From: Podarcis melisellensis
Taxonomy: Eukaryota
Length of the DNA: 63,839 bases
Assembly (NCBI GenBank): GCA_964234715.1
Contig: OZ174277.1
Reading direction: 5' to 3' (one strand)
The notes below the pieces were generated by a model. It searched no databases. It saw only the letters and a list, made by a program, of their open reading frames with translations, and was not told the origin of the DNA. A program made the position numbers and the translations under genes. This document shows, piece after piece, positions 49,861 to 63,222 of this stretch; the first letter of the stretch is position 1; the number at the start of each line of letters is the position of its first letter.

Positions 49861-51831
49861 CGTTTCATGCTTTTTTCTATATGAAATGAGGCATCACTTT
49901 AGCATGAAAAGGCACTTGTGGTATTTGTGAGCAGGCTCAGGAAAACCTGGCAAGGGCATAAGAGGGTCAGCATGGTTGAAAAACAATACGTTCTCACATA
50001 ACACAAAAAAAAATCTACCAGACATGTTTTCTCCTTTGTTAGTTAATGACCAGGCCTTCTGCTAATTTCAACAAATGATCGACAATTTCATGTGCCACAA
50101 ATCACAATAAAATCGTCATAACTGCTGCATTTCTAGCATCAAGCTCCTAAATTATATATCGGCACATGAACCACCTTATATTTGACTGGAATTGTTTTTA
50201 ATCAATGCAGTTTGCTACGATAGCACGACTCACAAATAAAAGACAACATAACAACTAAATTATTATATGGGATGTGGTTTTGTACAAATCAGTCATAGAA
50301 CAGAACTGGTCACAGTGAAGCCAATTGCAAACAACAATTGGTTTTAGTAGATTTGGATTGTATTCGATGTTGGAAAACCTTTTACATTACATGGTTTTGG
50401 TTTTTTTTAAAAAAAAGAACCTTCATGTACTCTTTCCATCTTCATATTTCACAAATATTTGCAGTGCAGACCTCAAATCTGAAATAAGCCAGGGAGAACT
50501 AATTCATTGTTTACACTTGGAATCCTAGGTGGCCCAATTCCATAAGGGCAGCACAATGGTACCTCACCGTTCTTAGTGCTTATCTCAATCTTAATAACTA
50601 GCCAGACAACTGACTCCAGAGTCCTGGCTTATCAACTGGAATTCGTCACATGCACAAGAGAGAAGACAAGAAATGCATTATATTAACAATGCCATAGAAG
50701 TATTTAAAGGTTTGTAGTCAAATACTGATATGAAGCCATTTTTGTGGTACTTAATTCCACTTGTTATTAAATTTGATAGCAAATGAACAAAAAAACATGC
50801 TTGGTTCATATTTATCTGCAACACAGTTTGTTTCCAAAAGATCAAAAGGCTCCTTTTTTACTACATTTTCACTATTGCTATCTAAAGCAATCCTTTTGCA
50901 AATAGAATTTGATATGGAATGATTATTTTGAAAACTGACTAAAAAGCAGTCAATGGCGCAAGCCTCTTAAGCACTGAAATAGGTTCTCTACCAGGCTGAT
51001 CCCATATCTTAGGCACATACAAGGTTTTTTGTTTCCAAGTCATGCTTTGTTCTATATAAAAGGGATTGAGAAACTGTGTTGGGTGTCATCAGTATGCACC
51101 TCTGCCCAAATGTCTGAATAACCTGATGCAGCAGGTGCACAAAGGCATGGAAGATCACAGAAGTCAAGATGGGACCCTGGAGCACCAATAAACCAATGGG
51201 CATGCAGCAGAACAGTAGCCCTCGGCATCCCCTACGGGGACCTATACGCCTTGGCCATTGTGTCTATGCCGCTGCATCACTGAGAATGCTGGAGTGCACA
51301 ATTGGAAGAGATAGAATTCCCTCCTCTCATCTGCCCAGGTCTCAGTTGTACATGCAGATAGTCAGAATGTTGCTCTAGAATTAGGTAACTGATGCTTTTT
51401 TCCTATGCTTTTCCGTTCCCATTTACTGACCTGATAGAATCTTAAGATACAATAGGCTGCTAGTATGGTGATCGTGGGGCCTTTGGTTGAGAGAAAAAAC
51501 AGAAGAAATGGTCACCAACAGCCCTTACCTGGTAAGAGTTGGAAATGCACTCAGGTATCAAAAAAGGAAGAGCAGAAACAAATGTGTCTGCACAGTCAGT
51601 TCCACATTCTCGACATAGGTACTGTACTATTATTTTCTGATGGTCCTGTTTTGAGTTTGAAAACGTAGCTTTTTCCAAAACTTAACTTAATGATGCCTTT
51701 TTCAGACTCCCTGGATCAGCTCTGTATAGTGTGAGGATGATCATTTACACATCTTCTCCTTTTCCTCAGTTTTACTTCTTTCCTGTTCTGCATCTGGAAT
51801 GTTGACTTCCACCAAGCCACTCTTTAGGGCC

Positions 51832-52000
51832 AGGGCTATTGCTCAATGGATAAGCACATGCTTTGCACATGCTTTAATTCCAGGCACCTTGATGTAAAGG
51901 CAAGGAAATACTTATGTCTGAAATACTGCCAGCCAGTGCAGACAGTATTGAGCTAGATGGGGCACTAGACCAACTCAGTATAAAGCAGCTTCCTATGTTT
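51832..52000 (+). mobile_element. Squam3-like SINE, decayed
   Basis: gctcaatgg..agcacatgctttgcacatg head, and gacagtattgagctagatgg...cagtataaagcagcttcctatg tail. A related remnant lies at about 49276-49440. Confidence 0.65.
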
Positions 52001-52214
52001 GCATGCATACATGCACACCCATAGACATCCCTTGATACAGATAAGCAAGAGGCAATATCACAGTTCAATGACACATTCCAGCTAGACAAAAGCACCCAAT
52101 GAGGTTGCCTGGGGCAGGAGTGTGACCTGACATGAGTCTCAAAGGCTGGATAGAAAGATGTAGAGGACCACATCCAGCCCTAGGCCTAAGGTTCCCAACA
52201 GATAGACAGATTTA

Positions 52215-52451
52215 CTGTATTAGCCTGAATATAAGCCACACTTTAAGTGCGGCTTAAATTCACGACCTTACAAAAATTCGCTTTTATGATATTGCTGCTG
52301 AAACAGGCATACGGTAAAACAAAACGGGTGTGAGTGCCTGTGGAATTTTAAGGGAGTAGCTTATAATCAGGTATTGTCTTTTCTCTCCCCCCCCTTGAAT
52401 TTTAAAGGTGCAGCTTATTTGAGGGTTAAGCTTATATTTGGACCAATATGG
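52215..52451. mobile_element. Old Tc1/mariner-superfamily (Tc2/pogo-like) MITE
   Basis: TA-flanked 22-bp TIRs CTGTATTAGCCTGAATATAAGC / GCTTATATTTGGACCAATATGG. Most mismatches fit CpG decay. Confidence 0.65.
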
Positions 52452-52468
52452 TACTTATATCTGTGCTT

Positions 52469-52662
52469 GAAAGGTAAAGGACCCCTGGACAGTCAAGTCC
52501 AGCCAAAGGCGACTATGGGGTTGCAGCGCTCATCTCTGCTTTCAGGCCGAGGGAGCCAACGTTTGTCCACAGACAGCTTTCCAGGTCATGCGGCCAGCAT
52601 GACTAAACCGCTTCTGGCACAACAGAAAACCATAACAGAAACCAGAGCACACGGAAACGCCA
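52469..52662 (-). mobile_element. Sauria SINE 3' half (different subfamily)
   Basis: aaaggtaaaggacccctggac...ggggttgcagcgctcatctc...ggtcatg.ggccagcatgactaa, homologous to 9493-9670. Confidence 0.88.
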
Positions 52663-53537
52663 TGCTTCGGTACGTATTCATATGAACAGTGAAATGTTGT
52701 GTCAGTAGCAGGACTACTAAGAAATAAATGAACGAAACATGGACAAGCTATAAAAATGAATTGTTGAAGTTACTCTTCCTCTCCTTTTATTTTGGGACCT
52801 CTCTTACAACAAACAAGATATTCTTATCCATATTTTTATATCCCCCCCCCTTTTTTGCAAACTAACAGTATTTGGCAAATCATCTTAAACTGAAAGTACC
52901 ATGTGTTATATATATTCATTATTCAATGCCTATTTCTTAAAAAAAAAACCACTAGCACATGTCTTCAGCATTAAAAGGTCAGAATGAGTATAGCTTTACT
53001 ATATATATAGTGTGTGGCTTATCTAGAATGAATACTGTGTACATACAGGAAGAAATTACTTTAATGGTCAGTCTATTTTCTTCATCCCCTTGCAAACTGC
53101 CCAGGTCCTCCTAGTTTATCAGAGAAACCTGAATGAAAGACATATGTTATTACCTCTGGTGCTATCACTTTGCTGAATATCACTAGGGTGTCGTCCATCA
53201 AAGTAACACCTCCTAAAGGACAGCATAGTGTCAGGGTTTGCTGTCCACTGGAGAGAACATGCCATTTAATACTGAACACCAGCAAGTTAATTCTTCCTTC
53301 TGTGTCATTTCTCTGCTAAATACATTAGGGAAAGACCAATACAAGATGTACTGATAAAAAGAACATTCAAGTGGAAAAACATGTACAAGCAGTCTGGGGC
53401 CGTTTACTTGTATCCCAGCCACCTTAAACTGAAGGACATGTGAAGGACCTGATAGGAAGTCCAGCTCAAGAAAGAACAAGGAAGCAAAGGCTCTGAAGAA
53501 TAAATGTCAACGTCTCAGCACTAACGTACATTATAAA

Positions 53538-54533
53538 CTGAAGAAACCCTCCCTAGATTCAGATAATTTAAGTAACTACCGGTCAGTTGCCAATCTCCCT
53601 TTCTTGGACAAGGTTCTTGAGCAGGTGGTTGTGGACAAGATCCAGACTCTCTAATTTGTCTCAGTTGGAGTTTAGGCCAGGTTTCAGCACAGAATATGTG
53701 CTGTATGATGACCCTGTATGATGACCTCTGTCGGGAGAAAGACAGGGGAAATGTGCCCCGTTAATTCTCCTCAACCTCTCAGCGGCTTTCAATACCATCA
53801 ACCATGGTATCCTTCTGGAGCAGCTGTCCAAGTTAGGGGTGGATGGCACAGCTTTGCAATGGTTCCAGTCCTACTTGGATAGTTGTTTCCAGAAGGTGAT
53901 GCTGAGGGAGTGCTCTTCAGCCCCATGGAACCTTCCATGTGGGGTTTCCCAGGGAACAATGTTATCCCCTATGCTGTTTAACATCTACATAAAACCACTG
54001 AGTGGGGTTATCGGGAGGTTTGGAGTACGTTGTCAGCAATATGCTGATGACACACAGCTCTACTCCTTTACCTGGGCAGGTGTAGCAATGGCTATGCTGG
54101 ACCATTGCTTTGCCTCACTAATGCACAGGATGAGAGCCAACAAACTGAAACTCAAGCCAGATAAGACGGAGGCACTGTTAGTAGGTGATTCCCTAGACCA
54201 GATGGATGGAAGGTAGCCTTGTTCTTGATGGGGGTTACTCTCCCTCTGAAGGAGTGGGTATGCGGATTGGGGCTACTTCTGGATCTTTTGCTGTCTCTTG
54301 AGGTTGAGGTGGCCTTCATTAACTATATTTAGGTGCCATATGAAAAAGTTTCTTTAGAATTAGGTTTTTAGCTGACTAACACATGTGATGGCTTTTTAAA
54401 TATGCTTGTGGGAAGGGAGTTATTGGTTTCTTTTTGTTTTAGTACGAATTTTGTGTTCTCATTTTGTATTTTTATGTTGTGAACTGCCCTGCAATCTTTG
54501 GATGAAGGGTGCTATACAAATTTTATAAATAAA
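53538..54533 (+). mobile_element. L2-clade LINE, decayed RT fragment plus 3' end
   Basis: LKKPSLD..NYRSVANLPFL, LSAAFNTINHGILL, ALQWFQSYL, GVSQGTMLSPMLFNIY, QYADDTQLY, LKLKPDKTE, with multiple disruptions. L2-type tail ending aataaataaa. Confidence 0.9.
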
Positions 54534-54782
54534 CCGGAAAGTTCTAAAAAGGTACAATTAGAAGAATAAGACAAAAAAAAGATTAAAACATTGCACTTTG
54601 CACGTAATGTTTCTACATAATGTTCTACTGGAAATGCTTTCATGTGGTAGTGGTGCTTCATACAAAGGTCTATAATTTTTACCATGCACTTATAATGATT
54701 ATGTGGTGGGAATCTCCATATATTCCAAGTCAAACATGGGGGAGGTCTTCTGCATGACCAAGGCATAAGCAGCTACAGTAGG

Positions 54783-54917
54783 TGTAGGGAAACCTTAGTG
54801 CTCTAGAAATTGCTGAACTATAACTCACATCATCCTTGGCCCCTGGCCATGCTTGCTTGGGCAGATGGGAGTTGTAGTTCTGCAACATCTGGCGGGTCAA
54901 AGGGTTCCCACACCTGG
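54783..54917. mobile_element. Degenerate palindromic hAT MITE
   Basis: gggaaacc...aactcacatcatcc...gatgggagttgtagt..caacatctgg..ggttccccacacctg. Confidence 0.7.
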
Positions 54918-55194
54918 GGTATAGTAACAATTCATTCTGTGCCACCAGATATAAAGAAAAGCAGACGTTAGAAAGGGGGAAACAGTTTATTTCTTTTAAA
55001 ATAAAGAGCTTCAGCAAGTGAATTATTTGAGTGAAAAAGTAGTAGGGTACTGATTGTTTCTCTACTAAAAACTGCCATACTTTTAGCTTTTTTGGGGGGG
55101 GGGAGCACCAGTCCTCCATTCCATGTTCTCTTGTGTAACATGTAATTAGCCACTAATATTTTAGAAGGGTTCAGAAGTCCTGCCTTTGATCCAT

Positions 55195-55386
55195 TAGGAA
55201 CATTGCAAGCTGCCTTCTACTGAGTCAGACTATTTGTCCATCTAAATCAGTACTGTCAACACTAACATGGAGTAGTCCTTTCGGGTTTCAGAAAGGTGTC
55301 TCTCTAACCCAAACTGGGAATGTCAGGAATTGAACGTTGAACCTTTTGCATGCAATGCCTATGTTCTACCAATAAGGCACAGCCCT
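55195..55386 (-). mobile_element. Squam3-like SINE, decayed
   Basis: aggaacat..aagctgcctt.tactgagtcagac (reverse tail) ... aattgaac...accttttgcatgcaa (reverse head). Confidence 0.65.
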
Positions 55387-57585
55387 TTCCTGAATGAGGT
55401 CCACATTAAGCTGACTTTCGTCAAATGTGCACCAATCAACTGTAACGAAGCCAAGTAATGGGCATGCATGTAGGCATCATTCCAAGTACTGCAGTCTTCA
55501 AAGCATGCAGATTGGGTTGCCAAAAACCTCTTTCTTTAATTTACAAATAATTATCCTGCTATCCCATGGTAACAGTAAGAAGCAATGCAGTTTACTCAAA
55601 GTGATTGAACCACTGTTCTGTATAACATCTGCATGTATTCTCTCCAACATATTGCCCACCAACTGACTGGCAGCTACAAGCTCAAACACCTGGGTACAAG
55701 ATATGCACAGATGTAGGTTTGATGTTGCTGATCCATCTACACAATAGGCTAACTCTCAGAGGTTTGACAGTGGCTGAAGAATCAAGGTGAGAAAGATACA
55801 GCCTCAAGCATACTGAGAAGCATATTTTTAGATTATGGCCTCCTATTTTTAGGCTGTTGTTTTTATTAGTTCTAACCCCTTACACCAGGGATTCGGACTT
55901 GTCACTCTTGACCCACCTCTGGATAACTTCCCAACTGTTTGTTCACACATGAAAAGAGTAACTAGCATATGCTAGTTCTCAGAGATGTCTTTTCAGCTAA
56001 TTGCCTTTTGCTAATGCCAATAGCCCCCTAGCAGACTGCACTTTTGAAGGTGGGTTTTTCTGTGCCTAATGAAGTTTCATATAAAATTATCATTTAAATC
56101 TTACAGCACAAGGCTATTTCAGTAGGATGTTCTGTAGTTTGATTAAAGAGTTTGTGACCATTGTACTGAATAAAAGAAGAATAGGGGAGAGATATTGGCA
56201 AAATACCATACATGAAAATAATTATATCTAAAAATGTGCTGCTTTTTTGTAAAAGGCTTATACTGTGAACACTGCAAGGTGCTAAATTCAACACAACTTG
56301 CAAACTAGCAGCTGATTTAAAATAAAACTTGATCCTTCTAGAAACCACAGATACTTGAAGCATACACAAGTAAAACTAATTTAACCTTTGAAAAATTTTC
56401 TCTGGAGGGAAGAATAGAAATCCCTTTATAAGATTTTTAAGCACTGCAATTATTGACAAGGACTGTATTACCTCACTTTCTCTGATCAAAAAACAAAAAA
56501 AGGAAAGAAAGAAAAAGAAGCAAAACCGCAGGAGACATCAGCAGCTGTCAGGCTGTTTTCCAATTGCAGCGAGGTAGTTTACAGTGGGCTGGTGCCATCT
56601 CTCAAGACCCAGTTAAGAAGGCTTTTTAAAATGCCTTAAAAAGCCAATTCATACATTAATCAAGTTGAGCCCTCATCCATACTTACTGCAATACATCAAT
56701 TACCATGTCTTTTTTTTTATTTTAATAAATTCCAGTTGACAGCAGACACCTTATTAAGGGGTTACTAAAATGATACAACAAGTAAAAGGCTATTAATATT
56801 GCTTTTTCCCCCTGCTGCTATTGTCTTGCCGCACTGGTCTGCAAACATATTCCGGCTGCATTACAATTAATGCCAGTGGAACTCCTTCTAACGACTTCCA
56901 GCTTGCTAATTTTTTACGCTAATAATAAAAAAAGGCATTGCTATGCAAGAACAGCCCCCTTTTATCATGCTCACATGGCACACTAGAGAGCTCCTGCCAT
57001 TGTTCACAGGAAAGACAATTAAACCCAGGGACATCAAACCCAAAAATGACAATCTGCTAACCAGCACTGTTGCTAGCTTTTTTCCTCTGTTTTCTGAAAT
57101 GATATAAAACAATTCTCCAAAGATATTTTTTTCCTTGCATGCACCCTCTTTAAAATAAAATAGAAGTTTGAAAAATACCCGCTGCTGATTTATGCATTTC
57201 TGCTCAGAATTTATTAACTGTCTAGGGCCAATTTCACACCAACACTTCCATAGCCTCCAGGTTTGAATTCTGGACACATTTCAGGAAATGCACCAATAAT
57301 ACTGTCCATATAGTTTCATATTTAAAAAATAAACATTAAAAAAAACCATGGTTCATGTTTTTCTGAAACACAATATAAAATGCCCAAGGGAAAGGTGAAA
57401 GCCAGTACTGCAACAAGTTTATTTTTCATGGACCTCTGGGGATAAAAAGAATGAGAGGAAGATTCTTGCGGCTGATTGAAAATTAAAAATTAAGAACGTT
57501 AAAAAATGTGAATGTAGGCTACAGTCCTACTTGCAAGTATGCATGTATTGAATGAACACACACACACACACACACATACACACTG

Positions 57586-58232
57586 GGGAAGAGAATATGT
57601 TTTGCAATACCTTGTCTCCTTTAAGGAAAAGGGTCTGGCCATCAAGATCATTGCCTTGCATGTGGCCGCAATCACTTTCTGCAGTAAATGTCTGTGCCTG
57701 CCTGATCTGTACAATGATTTCCACATTTCACTCCCAGCCCCAGACGTCAGAAAACCAATTATGTATACTCTCCTCAGGGATGTTTGGACACTGGGCACCA
57801 TTTGTTGGTGTAAGTATGAGAGTAGACTTTACTGAGCAGCCTTCTCCCTGGCATTTTTCAGTGCTCCACACATCAGGGAGTGCACCGCCAGACCCCTTGC
57901 AACAACAGCTGCTAAGGGGCTCGTGCTAGAGGAGACAATCACTTCTCTTGCTCTTCCCTTAGAGTTTAGGTGTGCACCTCAATAACTGACTACCTACGTA
58001 AAGGGAGTACGATCTATCCAAAGGCCTGCCACTACCTTGCCTGGTGGGGGACATTAAAAAGTTCCCGGCCACAAGACCTATCACTGTTGGCTTGCTCCTA
58101 GTGCATGCCAATGGTTGTTGACTTTCCACTGGTCAATTCATGACAGTACTAAGAAAGGCCATCTTCACTTGTGGGTTAGACCTTTTAGAAGAACATCACA
58201 CCAGAACCTCTGGTCTCACTCTTTCACAATGA
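57586..58232 (+). pseudogene. Tyrosine recombinase remnant
   Basis: VLQYLVSFKEKGLAIKII.LHVAAI.F (N-terminal SAM-like part), DVRKPI...C..KYESRLY*AAFSLAFF, LLVHANG.*LSTGQFMTVLRKA, and SHSF (degenerate HxxR box, ~58215). Contains stops and deletions. Confidence 0.72.
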
Positions 58233-58248
58233 TGGTTTTTCCCCCTCA

Positions 58249-58800
58249 GATGCCAGTCGTAAGAAGGTATGGATCTGCAACCACATCATCATGCACTGGG
58301 CCCAGGTGCACACTATATCTACTTTATGGGGTCAGCAGCTCAGCTTGTATGACATGACCCATATTATATGGTTGGGCTGGAGAGACATGCATTGGGATGA
58401 CCTGATGCCATGGCTTACATCTTGCTTCACAGTGCATGGGCTGCCAGATGCCTTGGTGATTCGGCTGGGAGAGAACAACCTAGTTGGCAGGAAGGGTATC
58501 AACCTCACCTTAACAGCAGCCTAGAGGCCCACAGCACATCCTCAGATGTCCATCTTGTGGTTGGAGTTGTTGGAACGGCAGCAATGATGGGGTGCTTTGG
58601 AGACTGCATGTATAAACAGCGCGTGGAAGAAGAGGAACAAGGCATTGCTGCATGCGGTGGGCACAGCCAGGGAGCCAGGTGATTTGGCACCCTGGCATCT
58701 CGTTTGATAAGGTTGAACTGTTTAGGCCTGATGGAGTGCATCTGTGCCCATTGGGAAACGAGGCTTGGCTGATAGACTGGGGCCTACATGATTGGTTGCA
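58249..58800 (+). pseudogene. SGNH/GDSL hydrolase (esterase) remnant
   Basis: KVWICNHIIMHWA (degenerate block I), WLGWRDM (block II), PDALVIRLGENNL (block III, GxND-like), FRPDGVHL (block V DxxH, 58730-58741). Broken by a stop and frameshifts. Confidence 0.8.
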
Positions 58801-61800
58801 GATGTTAGTGGTTTGGCAGAGATCCAGTGAGAGGCCAAACTCAAGTGGCAGAAAAAGGCATTGTGTTGCATCCTGCCCTGGTAAAAGGGTCCGGGGGAAG
58901 GATTCTGTCCAAATGTCCAGATGGGGGCTAATGGGCCACAGAACTTCCCAAATGGCATCCTGGAAGGATTGCCTGGAATTGATCCAAATCATAGATATGA
59001 TCCTTATCCCCAGGACTGATCCTGAAGGAACAATCAATCAGCAAATGGGTTGATTCAGGGTATATACCCAATGCCTATACCAAAGCCTACAGACATCAAA
59101 GTTGGATCGAGGGGAGCTCTACTGATGCAGTCACACTGGGTGCAGAGTTTCTGGGGTGCTGCAAGGGGCACCACGCCTATGACATCAACGGAAGGCAAGA
59201 GGCAGGGGACGCTGGATTTTGGCATCACACAGGAGACCAATGAAATTGAGACTCCAAGGTCCGCTACTGCTGACATCTGTAATCAATAAAGGTTCTGGCC
59301 ATTTTGATCTCAAGAAGTTGTGAAGTCTTCATTTCTGCTTCTCACACCCCTCCCCCCCCCCTTCAGTGACCTGAGGCTTACTGTGCCTGGGCCCACAAGT
59401 GCATGCTTACAGGAGACATCGACATACAGTGTACAATAAATACAAAGCAAAGAACTACATACTTCTAAATATAATTGTAACGATTACCAACATACCTTAT
59501 TATAATGCTTTGTATTTATGCATTGCATTTCCATTCTACTGATTGAACCATGCAAGACAGACAGAGATTATATTTAACAGTCATTTATCCATTCATAAGG
59601 TACCTCTTTCCTGCTTTTTAAGGCAGCAGCTTGGATTAAAAGTTTTTTTTTTGTCATCTCAGTGCCACAAGATCTTACTAATTTACCAGTGAGGGAAGAT
59701 ACTGATAAGGGTACTAATAGTTGCACCTTCCTGTGATTCAACAAGTAAGGGTGTGTTTTTTTGCTGAAGTACAGTAGGAATCAATAAGTTAATACCATGT
59801 AAATAAATGCATGTTACTTGATTTACTCTGTAATAACGTTTAATGGCATTCATATAGGGTGTATTTTATTTTTGCACCACATATGTGCCTTTAACAGTTA
59901 CACAAGAAGCAGAACTCCTCCAGCTGAAGCTTTTCCCATAACACCATCTGCATCCCAGAAAGCATGTTCACTCACCACATTTCTTTCTATTTTAAAGTTG
60001 CTAAGGCATACTGTACAAGGACTGCCTGGGGAGGGAGGGATCTTGGTAACATTCAGCTGCAATTAACAGACAACCAGAAAATGGCTCAAAATCCATGGGA
60101 GGGTTCTGATAAAATACCTGACCCTCTAACAGCAAGAAATGTTTTGTTAACAGTATTTTGCTTCTAACTTCTACTGAAATGCGCATCACTGCTAGCGGAT
60201 ATTTAAAACAAATCTTTTAGTTATGCCATTTCTTCCTATGTTAATTTGGTCGCGTGTACAAAAGCCAAATTACTGGGATTTAGTGGAGGTGTTTCTTGCT
60301 GCATTTAATGAAAATGAGTACTGAACACTCAAAAGCACTTTCTCTCTCTCTCTCTCTCTCTTATCTATATATATGTAGTTTATTGCACATACACTGCAAT
60401 TCACCTTTCTCTGCAATTGTCATGGCAGTCATTTTATCACTGATATTATTATCCTCTGAAGATGGTTTGTGGACAGGCCTGTCCTAGTGTCCCCTGCCAG
60501 GCTGTCCCAGTTTTATAAACTGTAAATCTTCTTAGTGTATTCTACAGAAAAACAGGGGGGCAGCCTTTTTATATAAAAAAGTGAAAAGAAAAAAGGACAG
60601 TGGCTCCTATAACAATGCATACAAACTGAGGGAATTGTTTGTTAACATTTGGCAACAGTATTTCCATTCACTGAAATTCAGTTTCCTGCTGTGACATTAC
60701 AAAAACTGAAAGAAAACCTAATACACATAACACCCTTTCACTTTAGCTTATCCTGTGGAACACACACACACACAACCCAAACCCCAATTGGGAGCAGGGA
60801 GATGATAATACAATGCAATGGAAGGTACTCCAGGTTTTGGGTAAGTTTTGGTTGTATTTAAAGCTGCTTTCTAGATAAGGCCTATGTGGTGCTGCCTGGT
60901 GAACCACTAAGCCAATTACATAAGGTACCTTGCTGCGACTGTAATGCTATGGATATAAACAACCAACAGCAGGAAAACAGGGAGGCAGTAAAGTGTGGAG
61001 ACCTCAACAGGGCTGAGGGAAGGGGCCAAAAACCTGCCATGTCTGTTAGAAGGTGTTTACATTTCAGCAAACGGAGGACAAGGAGGGCTCCCTCCTGACT
61101 CCCAAAATTAACTGGCACAGGAAATCTCAGGAGGGAAAAGAATAGGTGCAGAAGAACCCTCTCCCATGAGTGGTGAAGGCTAGGGCACATGAGCAAGGAG
61201 GAATATGGGAGATTGGGGGCAACTTGGGCTATCTGGATTCTCCCCCCTCCTCTGAAATCCACACAGTATCTGGGCATTGCAAGCTGTGCACTGCACAGAG
61301 CCTTACATGTGCACATATTTATCTACGTGCATATTTAGAGACAAGAAACACCCATCAACCCACTCTGAAATTTTTCTTCTAGAGAACCTGGAAAAGGAGT
61401 TTAAGCCTAAAGAATGACAGTGCTAGCAGACAGCACACCCTCAAATGGCAAATGTAGAGATGTAACAATAATAGTGATTTACAATCTATTCAAGGCTACC
61501 AGTCATTTCCACACCACCTGGATCTATCCACCATGTCTCTCTATGGTTACGTGCCCCCGGGGAATCTAGTCTCCAGCTCTGCATTCTTTTGCCTATTCGG
61601 GTTGTCTAACCAAATCCAGCTATTTCATAATTTGGTCCCAAAGCATGGGCCAAAATTTGCCCAAGAGTGAGTGAATAAGCGGTGGAAGAAGAAATGGGTG
61701 GCATCCTGACCAAGCCCTTCAAAACCTTGAGCTAGCACAGTTCCCAAACTTATATTGCTGGAATACTTTTTTCTACTTTCTAAAAAGCTTTTTCTTTCTT

Positions 61801-63006
61801 TCCAGAGTGTGTAAGAGTAAGAAGAGTGACTTGCTCAAACCTGTATAAGTCACTTATCTGGTTGTGCATGCCTGACCAGAAGGGGGCAAGACAAGAGGAA
61901 GGACTTGTGTAGTGCAGTCAGTTCTGAATGATAGTATTTCTGCTTCTCTGCAAAGAAAGCAAGTAAGATGTTTCACACTTTAGGCTTTGTGGTACCCACA
62001 AACTTTAAATGTGATTTAAAAAGCTGTAAGAGTAGCTGCTTATCTTGTAAGTGCATCATTTTATTCACCTTTCATTCTTTGCTAAAATTATTACAGTAAT
62101 TATGTTCTATAGCAGAGAAGACACACACACACAAATTTATATATTAGCAAAATTTACCTATTAGCAAAGTGGCACTTTTCAGGTACCAATGAATAAAGCC
62201 CATCTGTCTACAGGGAGAAAGAAAGGTGCAAACAGATCGACATTGAATTCTAATGAATCTCTATGGTTTCTCTCTCTGTCACTGCAGCACTTTGAGGGAG
62301 GATAAAATTTACCTTTACTTCCAACATTTTCTATAAAGAGGGTGGTGAGCATTCATAACCTTAAAAACAAAGCAAGGCCTACTTTCGCTTTGGTGCGCAT
62401 TTAAAATTGTTACAATTGAGCTTTGTGCCTCATTTCACTTTAATGGATATGCTACTAAAATGTTGCCCGCAGTTACCAAGTATAAGTAATGAAAGACCCT
62501 GGTTGTTGCTTGTCACATTAATTGAAAGGGGAAGGGAGAAAGAAAGGGAGGTGTGTGGGGTTTTTTTTTAAAAAAAAAAGCAAAGAAAAATCCAAGGGGT
62601 GCTTCAAAGGAAATGTATTTGTACTGAATCAATCTAAATCAGTGTTAAATGCTACTGGATGAAACATCTGGTGAATGACAGTTACAAGAATATTCACTAG
62701 CTTCTGGTATAATATTGAATAAGGCCTACAAATTCATAAGTGACAATATTAGTGAATGAGCAAATCTGTGATCAGCAGCTAATTTGAAAAAGAAGCTATA
62801 AAATGAGTAACAAAATGGGTGGGGGTTTTTTTATAACTCCTGTTGGCATGAATTCACAAGATTTAAAGTTGTTCTTCATTTTATATGAACTGTATTCAAG
62901 AAAAACAAAAGGAGGTACTTTTTCACACAGCAAAAATTTGAACTAAGGATACAGTCCAGCGGGATATAGTGAGAGACATCAATTCAGATGGCTTTAAAAT
63001 AGGATA

Positions 63007-63222
63007 AGGCTATCAATAGCTACTTGCCATGATGGCTATGTTATATCTCTAGTGTCTAAGGTAATGCGCCTCTGAAGACCATATGCTGGGAATAAGAAGA
63101 GGAGAGAATGTTGTTGCGCTCAAGTTTCATTTGTGGGTTTGTGGGTTGACCACTGCAAGAACAGGATGCTGGAACAGTTGGGCCTTTAGTCTGATCCAGC
63201 AGGGCTGTTCTTATGCCCTTAT
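63007..63222 (+). mobile_element. Old LINE 3'-end fragment
   Basis: aggctatcaatagctact.gccatgatggcta...aacaggatgctgga...gggcctttagtctgatccagcagggctgttcttatg. Upstream 62910-63000 resembles a decayed CR1-like ORF2 end. Confidence 0.6.

Larger units (their letters stand above)
57586..59345 (+). mobile_element. Decayed DIRS/Ngaro-like tyrosine-recombinase retrotransposon, 3' portion
   Basis: YR remnants followed by SGNH hydrolase remnants, then a 3' non-coding end with AATAAA near 59285. Boundaries approximate. Confidence 0.75.

Noticed and set aside
51525-51680. Minus-strand exon ending CAG|GTAAG
   Set aside because: No convincing acceptor and the peptide is unrecognised.
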